A stretch of 64,000 nucleotides of DNA from an uncultured Desulfosarcina sp. (GTDB taxonomy: Bacteria; Desulfobacterota; Desulfobacteria; Desulfobacterales; Desulfosarcinaceae), in the NCBI GenBank assembly GCA_963674945.2, contig CAXXWQ010000001.1, positions 256,001-320,000 of the forward strand, read 5' to 3'. This document shows, piece by piece, positions 19,724 to 29,261 of this stretch. Position numbers and translations under genes: made by a program. A model generated the notes under the pieces. The model had not been told where the DNA came from. It ran no database searches and was given only the letters and a program-made list of their open reading frames with translations. Numbering within the stretch: position 1 is the first letter of the stretch; each line of letters begins with the position of its first letter.

Positions 19724-21451
19724 TTATTTTGACTGCGCCTCTGCTTTCTTCGAAATAACGTACAATGGTTCCATGGAATCTACACCTTTCAGCAAGGTGG
19801 CAATTTCGCGCGTGATGTCGACATCTGATTGAATGTTCTCAACAACTGATTTGGAGACGACCACCTCTCCGGCCCGGGCCTTTGCCTGGATGCGCTGTGT
19901 GATGTTGACGGCTGCACCCACGATACCGTACTTTCTTCGGGTCACGGCGCCCACATTGCCCACGACAACCAATCCGCTGTTGATCCCAATTCCCATCTGC
20001 AATAACGGCAGCTTGCGGGCCATCATCTCATGGTTGCATCGAAAGATGGCCCGATGCATTGTAAAGGCACACATGACGCAACGTTGTATGGTGTCCGCCA
20101 GGGATTCTTCAATGGGTTGGAAAAAGGCCAAAAGACCGTCGCCCACAAAATCTACGATGATGCCCCTGTGTTTTTCGATGGGAGGAATGATCGCAGAAAA
20201 ATATCCGTTCAACAACTCGATGGTATGTTCGGGAGATAGACTCTTTGCCATGGCGGTGAATCCACGGATGTCGGCCATGAGTATGGCCACCGTTTCGAGA
20301 CGGCCGCCCAACCTTCCTGACTCGGGGGATTTCAGCAGGGTGCGGGCAAAGTCCGGGTCCACATAGCGCCCGAACGTATTTTTAATCGTCTCCTTTTCCC
20401 GTAGCCCGTCGACCATGGTGTTGAAGCTTTGCGCCAGGCGGCCGATTTCATCCTCGGAGGTTACCTCGACTTTTTCTCCGAAGTCCCCTTTTGAGATGGA
20501 CCCGGCACGTCGTGAAAGTGTCTGTATGGTGTTGGAAGTGCGATTTACATTCAACCGGATGATGCCGTATACCGCTGCAAGCAGTATCGTCGCGCCAACC
20601 ATAAATCCATTTCGAAAATATATGATGGGCGACAACGCCACCTTCCCGTCGGCAACGACAACCAGGACCCACGGAATTGTTTCGAGGGCGTGAAATCCGG
20701 CTACACGTTCTGGAGGGTGGCCTTTACCCAAAATCGTGCCCCATGTTTTTTGCGCCATTTCCAACTGAATCTGATTTTCCAGTGGATCATCGGATTCACC
20801 GATGCGGGTTCTGCCTTTCATTCGACCGCTGGCCAGTATGATTTTTCCCGTCGCCCGATCGGCAATACAGGTCGTTGCATTCTGCCACCAACGATTTCCG
20901 GTAATGCCCGAAACGAGGAGGCTGAATCTGAGGACGATTTCAAGATTGCCTACGACCGTGTCGGATTCGTCCAGGAGAATCATTGCGATGGAAATCGTCT
21001 CTTCACCGACGACCTCATCGATTACCGGCAGAGAGACCCGGGCGAAACTCCCCCTGGCAAAATGCCGGAAGCGGCCCTTCGCAGAATCCATGTCGTTTCT
21101 GGAAAAGTGGTCGTGCCCGTGCGGCTTTGCATGCCAATTCAAATTAACACGGACGACTCCCGGGAGAGACTCCAACCGATAAACAATCGCTTCCAGAAGT
21201 GAGATTTTTGTCGTCTCTTTTCCGCTGCCGGAAAAGAGTTGCATCAACGCCATGGGTTTGGTCAGGTTCGTCTCCATTGCGTATGCCGCATATTCGAGCT
21301 GCATCGCGACATTCTTTTCCCACTGTCCGACCATGACGTTGCGGGCATAGAAAAATGCGCCCATCCCGGCGGCCAGCAAGATCAGAAATACCGGTACGAG
21401 CAGCAAGACGATCAATCGGGTCCGGAGGGATTTGAAACGATACACGATCAT
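19724..21451 (-). CDS. Membrane class III nucleotidyl cyclase (2 TM, periplasmic domain, HAMP, cyclase); start uncertain
   Basis: HAMP DEIGRLAQSFNTM; FGRYV; ADIRGFT; FVGD; IGINSG; VN..QRIQ. Confidence 0.88.
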   Translation of the reverse strand: MIVYRFKSLRTRLIVLLLVPVFLILLAAGMGAFFYARNVMVGQWEKNVAMQLEYAAYAMETNLTKPMALMQLFSGSGKETTKISLLEAIVYRLESLPGVVRVNLNWHAKPHGHDHFSRNDMDSAKGRFRHFARGSFARVSLPVIDEVVGEETISIAMILLDESDTVVGNLEIVLRFSLLVSGITGNRWWQNATTCIADRATGKIILASGRMKGRTRIGESDDPLENQIQLEMAQKTWGTILGKGHPPERVAGFHALETIPWVLVVVADGKVALSPIIYFRNGFMVGATILLAAVYGIIRLNVNRTSNTIQTLSRRAGSISKGDFGEKVEVTSEDEIGRLAQSFNTMVDGLREKETIKNTFGRYVDPDFARTLLKSPESGRLGGRLETVAILMADIRGFTAMAKSLSPEHTIELLNGYFSAIIPPIEKHRGIIVDFVGDGLLAFFQPIEESLADTIQRCVMCAFTMHRAIFRCNHEMMARKLPLLQMGIGINSGLVVVGNVGAVTRRKYGIVGAAVNITQRIQAKARAGEVVVSKSVVENIQSDVDITREIATLLKGVDSMEPLYVISKKAEAQSK

Positions 21452-21603
21452 GGCCACCACGGGGTTGTTGCCATCGGCGATTTCTGTGTTTCCCTTCATG
21501 CGCTGACACGCATTTTGATGCATCGACTGGCAAACTTAGGGGAAAAAGCAAATTTTTACAAGAATCGAAAAAAGATCCGCGGTACCGTTGGCTTCCGACG
21601 AGT

Positions 21604-21858
21604 TTGGGTTGTTTTGCCAAACAGACGGGATTTCCGGCTTCGTCACAAGCCGGTGTAATCAGTGCGTCGGTGCCGCTGATGGTGGCCGTGGGTGCGTGGT
21701 TCCTCCTCGCCGAGCCAATTGACCGAAACGTTTTCGTCAATCTGGTTTCGGTAATCGCAGTGATCCTCGGGTGGGTGGTCATGGGAGAGTCACTGAATGC
21801 CGTACGGTGCATTGGGGCGGCATGCGTCCTGTTCGGCGTTGCCATCAGCCAGAAATGA
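21604..21858 (+). pseudogene. Fragment of an EamA/DMT transporter
   Basis: ASSQAGVISASVPLMVAVGAWFLLAEPI is joined directly to [37 protein letters not shown], the C-terminal halves of both EamA repeats. No N-terminus or RBS. Confidence 0.6.
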
Positions 21859-21948
21859 TACGTACCGGCCGGAAAAACGAAAACACGGCAAGGTTTCAAT
21901 CGTTGTGGTCGTAACCGGGTGCATGGCACCCGGTTTGAAGACAGTCAA

Positions 21949-23913
21949 TCAGACTCTGAACTGTTTGACCATACGGTTCAATTCCTCGGCAAGATCGGAA
22001 AGTTTCCCGGAACTCTCGTTGACCTGGCCGCTGGCGTCGGTCATTTCTCCAGCGGCTTGGGTGACGTCCGCGATATCCGCCGTAATGGAGGCGGCCGCCT
22101 TGGCCCCTTCGCCGATGGTGGTGGTGACCTCGCCCACGCCTTCCGATGCCCGGGCCACATTGCCGGCGATATCCTTTGTGGTGACCGATTGCTCTTCCAC
22201 GGCTGCGGCAATGGTGGAGACCACCTCATTGACCTGTTCTACGACCTCTGCGATGCTGCCGATTTCGATCACCGTATCCTGGGTGGAGTCCTGGATACCC
22301 TGGATCTGCTGCTTAATCTCGCCGGAGGCCACCGCCGTCTGTTTGGCCAACTCCTTGATCTCGTTGGCGACAACGGCAAATCCTTTTCCCGCTTCACCGG
22401 CACGGGCCGCCTCGATGGTAGCGTTGAGGGCCAGCAGGTTGACCTGCTCCGAGATTTCGGTGATGGTTTCGATTACCCTGTCGATCTGATTCGCGGCGTT
22501 TCCCAGTTCCTCGATTTTATTGGTGGCCTGTTTGGTCTGCCCCACCGCCTTTTCTGCGATCTGCCTGCCTCTTTCCGTGTTCCCGGCAATTTCGTTAATG
22601 GTGGCGGTCATCTCTTCGGCACCGGAAGCGACGATGTTCAGGTTACTGGACGTCTCCTCCATGATTGTCGCAGCGGTGGTTATGGTTCCACTCATCTGTT
22701 CGCTGGCACCGGCCACGGTTGTGGCTTTCCCGGAGGTCTGTTCGGCACTATCGCTCAGACTGCCGGCGATGGCGGCCAATTCCCTGGAAGAGACCGTAAG
22801 ATTCTCCGCGTTTTGGGAGACGTCAGAAATAATTCGCTGGATCTTTTCGATGAACGTATTGAACCAGCGCGCCAACTCTCCGACCTCATCTTTGCCGGTG
22901 ATGTCGATCCGTTTGGTGAGGTCACCGTCCCCCTCGGCAGCGTCCCGGAGACCTGAGACGACCTGATTGATGGGCTCGACCACCGTCGACGTGATGAAAT
23001 AGATCAAGACGGCGGCTACGGCGATTACCCCGACAGCGACCAGCAGGTTGATCTGCCCCAGACTTTTTACGGGCGATAGAATTTCAGCCTCGGGAACGTT
23101 TACGGCGATGATCCAGTCCTGGCCCTCGACTGTTTGAAATGCCACCCTTTTGGTTTCGCCTTCATCGGTAAAGTCGATGAGGCCACTTTTTTGGGCAAGC
23201 ATCTGTTTGCCGAAATCAAGCTCTCCGATGTTTTCCTTCATGATTTTGGATCTGTCGGGATGGGCGATGAGCATACCGGTCCTGTCCATTGCGAAGGCAT
23301 AACCGGAGTGGCCAACCTTGATATTCTCGATAAAGTGCTCGCTGAAATGGGCAATGCTCACGACCCCGAAAAGAACGCCTTTGACCTGTTTGTTGCTCCG
23401 TACCGGCGTGGCGACAAAAAAGACGGGATTGCCAGAGTTTCGACTGGCAGAAACTTCCGACACGTAGATATCACCGGCCATGGCAGCCTTAAAGTACTCA
23501 CGGTCCGTGACATTGATTTTGCCGATAATCGTATCCGTATTCGCCGCGATAACCAGGCCATCCTCCCCGGCCAGGCAGATGTCTTCATAGTAGCCATATT
23601 CAGCCTGCAGCCGGGCCAGTTTTTCATTGGCCGAGACACGCGCCGCTTTGCCGATGATGGACGATTTTGTCGCTTTGGCATAAATTTCATCGTGGGACCA
23701 GCTTTTCAGGTCGAGTTTGCGGTCCTTGATCCAGGAATAAAGGGTTGTCGCCGTTGAATCCGCCTGTTGTTTAATATTTTCCAGCAGCGCGGCACTCAAC
23801 GCGTTCTTGGATTTGACGTAGGAGACGGTTGCGGATACACCCATCCCGACGATGATCAGCAAGACGGTAGGGAGTAAGAATTTGTTGCGAATGTTCATTG
23901 TATCTTGGTCCAT
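21949..23913 (-). CDS. Methyl-accepting chemotaxis protein with dCache and HAMP domains
   Basis: [37 protein letters not shown]; dCache [11 protein letters not shown]...LIAHPD; 2 TM segments. Confidence 0.95.
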   Translation of the reverse strand: MDQDTMNIRNKFLLPTVLLIIVGMGVSATVSYVKSKNALSAALLENIKQQADSTATTLYSWIKDRKLDLKSWSHDEIYAKATKSSIIGKAARVSANEKLARLQAEYGYYEDICLAGEDGLVIAANTDTIIGKINVTDREYFKAAMAGDIYVSEVSASRNSGNPVFFVATPVRSNKQVKGVLFGVVSIAHFSEHFIENIKVGHSGYAFAMDRTGMLIAHPDRSKIMKENIGELDFGKQMLAQKSGLIDFTDEGETKRVAFQTVEGQDWIIAVNVPEAEILSPVKSLGQINLLVAVGVIAVAAVLIYFITSTVVEPINQVVSGLRDAAEGDGDLTKRIDITGKDEVGELARWFNTFIEKIQRIISDVSQNAENLTVSSRELAAIAGSLSDSAEQTSGKATTVAGASEQMSGTITTAATIMEETSSNLNIVASGAEEMTATINEIAGNTERGRQIAEKAVGQTKQATNKIEELGNAANQIDRVIETITEISEQVNLLALNATIEAARAGEAGKGFAVVANEIKELAKQTAVASGEIKQQIQGIQDSTQDTVIEIGSIAEVVEQVNEVVSTIAAAVEEQSVTTKDIAGNVARASEGVGEVTTTIGEGAKAAASITADIADVTQAAGEMTDASGQVNESSGKLSDLAEELNRMVKQFRV

Positions 23914-23957
23914 TCCCTTTTTTATTAATGAAATGCAATTTGCCGTGTTTCCCTGTC

Positions 23958-24437
23958 TTATCGAAGCGTCTTGTTCAGGTCTTCGATTTTGTCCGTTTCG
24001 TTGTAGATGCCGGCGACCACGGTATACGGTGTACCCTCGACCTTGAGGGTGAAACTGACTTTGCGTGACGGTTCGGTCTCGCCCGGTTTGGGCCATTGAT
24101 ATTCGACCCACTTCCCTCCGGGGGTGTTGCCGGCAGCGCAAAGTTCTTCGTTGAAGGGGAATTTGTTCAGATCGACCCCCTTTAATTTATCCATGGCAAA
24201 GGGATGCGCCATCATCTGGCTGGGACAGTTCTGTACGAAGACGTAGGTGTCCTTATATACGAATTCACCTTTCGGGTCGTTGAATGCATCAAAAGAATCT
24301 TCCCCCAACGCCTTTACCACCTCGTATGCCTTTATCACCAATTCGTACACGTCTTCCGGGGTTGCCTTGCTTTCATCGGCGTATACCGGGGAAACGGAAA
24401 ACAGAATTATCATAGCCATCAAAAAAATGTTTTTCAT
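23958..24437 (-). CDS. Stand-alone periplasmic single-Cache domain protein
   Basis: GGAGG RBS, signal peptide, FNDPKGEFVYKDTYVFV...AHP...WVEYQWPKPG...K. Confidence 0.85.
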   Translation of the reverse strand: MKNIFLMAMIILFSVSPVYADESKATPEDVYELVIKAYEVVKALGEDSFDAFNDPKGEFVYKDTYVFVQNCPSQMMAHPFAMDKLKGVDLNKFPFNEELCAAGNTPGGKWVEYQWPKPGETEPSRKVSFTLKVEGTPYTVVAGIYNETDKIEDLNKTLR

Positions 24438-24525
24438 GAACACCTCCAAATCAGCGTAGTCGATTCGACTACCGCACACGAATAAAAAATTGAACAATAA
24501 TTACTTTTTTACTAACCGTTACTAA

Positions 24526-24552
24526 TTTTCGGACTATCCGATAGGATCTTTA
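24526..24552 (-). promoter_or_regulatory. Sigma28 (FliA)-type promoter for the Cache/MCP operon
   Basis: Minus strand reads TAAA-N15-TCCGAAAA (consensus TAAA-N15-GCCGATAA), upstream of chemotaxis genes. Confidence 0.6.
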
Positions 24553-24676
24553 GATCGGACAATAAAAAAGGGGAGGGGATTGAAAAAATCCGGAATAACA
24601 TGTCCCTCCGGGCAAGAGGAGACGTCGCAGGAAAGGTCTCGCCGAATGTATTTCAGAACTTGTCGCTCTGAACCGG

Positions 24677-25540
24677 TCACTGCTTTTTCGTGGAATTGAT
24701 CTTTTCATAGCGGCGACGCCCGATTTCCCGGGCCGCCTGGACATCCTGGCGGCATGCCTCTGCCTTGCGACCGGCCCAGTACATTGCCTCTTCCAGGTTC
24801 TTGCCGTATACGCCGCACCACATCAGGCCGGACATGGCGCCGGCACCGGCAGGATTGATGCAAAGGGAGGTAAGAAATGCGGTTTTGGCCTCCCGATAGC
24901 GCCGGTTGCGATAACACGCCCAGCCGTGGAGATCATGGGCCATGAAGGATTCCGGTGCGACGTCACATGCCTTTTCAAAGGGGAAAATGGCCAAGGATCC
25001 CTTCGCACCATAGGCGGAGAACAGATAAAATGCCTCCAACGCCCGCCCCACGGCATCCAGGCCAGCCTGGCCGATTCTTTCCGGCCAGAGGGCGGCGTTG
25101 ATCTGATTCGGCGTCATCGGACAATCCGTGGCATCGAGCATCTTTATGAATCCGAGACGAAAACCGACCAACCCATCTTCCATGGAGATGGAAATGTCAA
25201 CGGGACCATGGGTGTTATCCCTCCTCCTGGCGTCAAAAAAAGAAAGGGCCGCCGTATCATCGGCAAAGGTGCCACGGATCCAGAAACGAATCTTCTGGGT
25301 ACCGCTGATCCGGGTGAGGTCGAGATCGATCGCCGCATTACGGCAATATTTCTCAAACCGCTGTTTTTGGGGAAAGATTTTCTCGACCCGCCAACCAAAC
25401 CACATTTCTTTCAGTCCACTGTGCAGCACCAGGACGTTTCCCAGCAAAAAGTGGAGGGCAAGGCCGCTTCCCGTAAACGGATGTGAACCCTTCGGTTGAA
25501 AGGGGAGAACGATGCATTGATCGAAGGGAGTTGATGTCAT
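24677..25540 (-). CDS. Hypothetical protein with C-terminal TPR-like helices
   Basis: AAGGA RBS; AHDLHGWACYRNRRYREAKTAFLTSLCINP is TPR-like. Confidence 0.7.
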   Translation of the reverse strand: MTSTPFDQCIVLPFQPKGSHPFTGSGLALHFLLGNVLVLHSGLKEMWFGWRVEKIFPQKQRFEKYCRNAAIDLDLTRISGTQKIRFWIRGTFADDTAALSFFDARRRDNTHGPVDISISMEDGLVGFRLGFIKMLDATDCPMTPNQINAALWPERIGQAGLDAVGRALEAFYLFSAYGAKGSLAIFPFEKACDVAPESFMAHDLHGWACYRNRRYREAKTAFLTSLCINPAGAGAMSGLMWCGVYGKNLEEAMYWAGRKAEACRQDVQAAREIGRRRYEKINSTKKQ

Positions 25541-25690
25541 TGCAGATTCCTTTATGGGAATTTGGATCGTCGGATCGTCCAAAAGGCGGGGACACTGAAA
25601 ACGGATACCACATTTTGGTGCCATGCGCCATCGGTGCTTTTTCCCGTTGGTCGATTGCATCCGCCAACACTTTGTTTTATAAAAATATCC

Positions 25691-27253
25691 ATGAACACCC
25701 TATTCTTGGATAAGGATCGGCTCTCCATCGAGGAACTGGTGGACGTGGCCCGTTTCAACCGAAAGGTCGCCGTCTCCGCCGATGGAGAAAATCGCGTGGC
25801 CCGCACCAGTGCACTGATCGAGCGATGGGTCAAGGAGAAGCGCGTCATTTACGGCATCACCACCGGCTTCGGCGCGCTTTGCAACGTGACCATCTCTGCC
25901 AGGGATGCCCGGCGGCTGCAGGAGAATATCCTGATGAGCCATGCCGCGGGCACGGGGAATCCCCTGCCTGTACCGGTGGTTCGGGCGATCATGGCCTTGC
26001 GGATTCACGATCTGTGCATGGGGTATTCCGGTTGCCGCATGGAAACCATCCGATATCTGGTGGATCTGCTCAACCATCAGGTGACGCCCGTAGTGCCGGA
26101 AAAGGGGTCGGTGGGGGCCAGCGGCGATCTGGCGCCAACGGCGCATCTGGGACTGGTTCTCATCGGCAAGGGTGAGGCCTTCCAACGTGGACGGCGCATA
26201 TCCGGTACCGAGGCCCTCGACGGAATCGGGCGTCCTCCCGCAAAACTTGCTCCAGGAGAGGGGTTGGCACTGATCAACGGTACCCAGGTGATGACGGCCA
26301 TCGGTGCCCTCGTGGTCCACGATGCCGTTCGGCTTTCCAAAATTTCGGATATTGCCTGCGCCATGACCCTGGAGGTACTCATGGGGTCCAACAGCGAGTT
26401 CGACCCCCGCATCCACCAGATCCGCCCCCACCCGGGGCAGATCGTGACGGCGGACAACATGCTTCGCCTTACGGCCGACAGCCAGATCATCCATTCTCAC
26501 GAGGGGTGTGCCCGGGTTCAGGATGCCTATACCCTGCGTTGCTCTCCACAGATACACGGCGCCAGCAAGGATGCGGTGGCACATTGTCGCCGGGTGATCG
26601 ACATCGAACTCAATTCCACCACCACCAATCCGCTGATTTTTGCCGATACCGAAGAGGTACGCCTGGGAGGGAATTTCCATGGCCAGCCCGTTGCCATGGC
26701 CGCCGATTACCTTTCCATGGGATTGGCCGAGTTGGGCAGCGTCTCGGAACGGCGCATCGAGCGCATGGTCAATCCGCAGCTGAGTGAACTTCCCGCATTC
26801 CTCATCAACCAGGGCGGTATCAATTCCGGCTATATGATCGGCCAATACGCCGCTGCCGCACTGGTATCGGAAAACAAAGTGCTGTCCCATCCGGCCTGCG
26901 TGGACTCCATTCCCACCTCTGCCAACAAGGAAGACCATGTCAGCATGGGCACCATTGCCATTCGTCAAAGCGCTGAAATTCTATCGAATGTGGAAAATAT
27001 TATCGCCATGGAGTTGCTTTGCGCGGCACAGGCCTTTGATTTGCTCACCGAGATCCGACCCCTTACCGCAGGTAAAGGGACCCGTGCGGCGTACACTGTG
27101 ATTCGTCGGCATGTGCCGTACATGGACCGCGATCGGGAATTATACAGGGACATGGAGACCATGGTAACCGTGCTGCGATCCAATGAAATCCTCGATGCGG
27201 TGGAAGAGATGGTGGGACCGATACGTCTGGAGGCGCACATTAAAGATCGGTAA
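25691..27253 (+). CDS. hutH: Histidine ammonia-lyase
   Basis: YGITTGFG, ILMSHAAG (SH specificity pair), ASG MIO motif, LINGTQ, QDAYTLRC, GGNFHG and EDHVSMG. Confidence 0.93.
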   Translation: MNTLFLDKDRLSIEELVDVARFNRKVAVSADGENRVARTSALIERWVKEKRVIYGITTGFGALCNVTISARDARRLQENILMSHAAGTGNPLPVPVVRAIMALRIHDLCMGYSGCRMETIRYLVDLLNHQVTPVVPEKGSVGASGDLAPTAHLGLVLIGKGEAFQRGRRISGTEALDGIGRPPAKLAPGEGLALINGTQVMTAIGALVVHDAVRLSKISDIACAMTLEVLMGSNSEFDPRIHQIRPHPGQIVTADNMLRLTADSQIIHSHEGCARVQDAYTLRCSPQIHGASKDAVAHCRRVIDIELNSTTTNPLIFADTEEVRLGGNFHGQPVAMAADYLSMGLAELGSVSERRIERMVNPQLSELPAFLINQGGINSGYMIGQYAAAALVSENKVLSHPACVDSIPTSANKEDHVSMGTIAIRQSAEILSNVENIIAMELLCAAQAFDLLTEIRPLTAGKGTRAAYTVIRRHVPYMDRDRELYRDMETMVTVLRSNEILDAVEEMVGPIRLEAHIKDR

Positions 27254-27463
27254 CCCAATACCCGATAAGGACTCTCGGTTACGAAACGGTTGAATTGCCC
27301 CAGATGGCTTGTGCGCAGGTCTGTATACTAACATATTGACCCGTACCACCTTGATTGTTATGGGTAAATAACGAATTTTTATGGGCGCCGGCCTTGTCAC
27401 GGAAAAAGGGGACCGTTTCGATCCACGCATGCGAATCCATCTTCAGGATGAGATGAACAAAAT

Positions 27464-29257
27464 ATGGAAGATACCGATCAATCACCGTTCATTATTTCCG
27501 ACGATCCACCCAAATCCGAGAATGTCGGGGAGGGGGTTCCCAACCGATATGCCATCAAGGATCAGGGGGCGGATCGTATGCTCACCTGCAGAGATACCCC
27601 GAACTTGCAGGTCCTCATCAAACAAGGGCTCACATTCACCGCTTCCGCCGCCAAAAAATCCTCTCCGGGGACGATCTATCTGGACGGCGTCGCACAGGTT
27701 GAACCGTTTCTGGATCATGAGAAACAGGTGTACAACCTGGACCACCACGAAGGTTGTGTCCGTTCTTTCACGATGGCAACCTGCGAACAGGCATTGATTA
27801 TATGCTTGAAGGGATTGGATCTTCGAGACAGGGAGTGGAAGATTTTTGCCAACGAACCCGATCTGGATACGATCCTGTCCATCTGGATACTTCTGAATCA
27901 TCAGCGTGTCAACAACCGCGAAGCAATCAACCGTCGTTCCCTGTTCGCCCTGGTCCGATTGGAAGGCGTTATCGATGCCATAGGCCTCGAATTCAAGGAG
28001 GTCAGCGGTTTTCCCGAAGATCTTCTCAAGAAATTGATGCGGCTTATCGATCATCTTCGCAGCGAGGAGCTGGCACTGAAAAAAGCCGGCGAATGGTCCA
28101 AGGCCGATTTCCCTGAATATACGATCCGTGTGCTGAGAAAACTGGATCAGTATCTGATTAAATCCGGAGAGTTGGATGACTTCAAGGGGGTAGAGGAGCT
28201 TGCACGGATCGAACTTACCAACAACCGTATTGCCGTGGTGGTGGCTTCGGATTTGGGCATCTATGAGTTGGAACCCCACCTGGGCAAGTTGTACGGCAAT
28301 CGACTGGGATGGGTGGCGCTGCGTCGGGATGAAAACAACTACACATTGCGGCAGGTGGACATGTTCATGGCGGTCAACCTGGACGATGTGTATCAGCGGT
28401 TGAACTTCATGGACCCGGCGGTCAAGGGGCGCACGGAAGGCGCTCGCTGGGGTGGTTCCGGTGACATCGGCGGATCTCCCAGGGATATCGGTACGGGGCT
28501 GTCGCCCCAGGAAATCGTTTCGGCATGCCGGGACGCCATCGAAAAACGAAGTGACATTCGCCACATCAAGCGGTTTCTGGCCAGTACCGCAGTCACCATG
28601 TTGATCGTCATCGCTGCCATCGCCACCGGACAGAACTGGCAACCGGAGAACTGGTTCGGCCTGACGATCCTCAGTAGGTGTGCGCAGAGTACTCTTTTCG
28701 GGTTCCACACGGCGCTATTGGTGTTCACCCTGTTGATGCTCTTGGTGGTGGCCTTTCACCGTCCCTGGCAATTCGGCCTCATGCTTCCCGCCGGCAAAGA
28801 CTGGAGGCGGTTGCTGCCTTTTGCCGTCGTCTGCGGATTGACCGGGGATCTGCTGACACCCGGCTATGAAATGTTCGTTCACGATTCGAACATGGCCTGG
28901 ATGCTTGCCCTGCTCCTCATACCCGCCAGCCTGGAGTTATTGTTCCGTGGGTTGGTCCATGGCATGATGGCGCAACTGGCGACGATACAGGACAGTGAGA
29001 GCCGGTGGTTTTTTTCCGGGCCGACCATCGGTTCTTCCATTTTGTACGGCATCACCATGGGGCTCCAGATGACGATGATGTCCGGCGATCCGCTGTCCGT
29101 CTTGACCAGCGCCGCACTGATCAAATACACGGTGGTGGCCATCATCTTCGGCCTCGGTGCCGGTATGATCCGGGAACGCTCCCACAGTCTCTTTCCGGCG
29201 CTGTTATTTCACGCCATGGCCGTCGCCACTTCCTTGCTGGTCTACGGCCCGGCTTAA
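27464..29257 (+). CDS. Fusion of a cytoplasmic DHH-like domain and a C-terminal degenerate CPBP/Abi intramembrane domain
   Basis: N-terminal YLDG...LDHHEG...EPDLD...WGGSGDIGGSPR; C-terminal multi-TM region with LELLFRG...RERSHSLFPALLFHA. Confidence 0.7.
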   Translation: MEDTDQSPFIISDDPPKSENVGEGVPNRYAIKDQGADRMLTCRDTPNLQVLIKQGLTFTASAAKKSSPGTIYLDGVAQVEPFLDHEKQVYNLDHHEGCVRSFTMATCEQALIICLKGLDLRDREWKIFANEPDLDTILSIWILLNHQRVNNREAINRRSLFALVRLEGVIDAIGLEFKEVSGFPEDLLKKLMRLIDHLRSEELALKKAGEWSKADFPEYTIRVLRKLDQYLIKSGELDDFKGVEELARIELTNNRIAVVVASDLGIYELEPHLGKLYGNRLGWVALRRDENNYTLRQVDMFMAVNLDDVYQRLNFMDPAVKGRTEGARWGGSGDIGGSPRDIGTGLSPQEIVSACRDAIEKRSDIRHIKRFLASTAVTMLIVIAAIATGQNWQPENWFGLTILSRCAQSTLFGFHTALLVFTLLMLLVVAFHRPWQFGLMLPAGKDWRRLLPFAVVCGLTGDLLTPGYEMFVHDSNMAWMLALLLIPASLELLFRGLVHGMMAQLATIQDSESRWFFSGPTIGSSILYGITMGLQMTMMSGDPLSVLTSAALIKYTVVAIIFGLGAGMIRERSHSLFPALLFHAMAVATSLLVYGPA

Positions 29258-29261
29258 CAAT

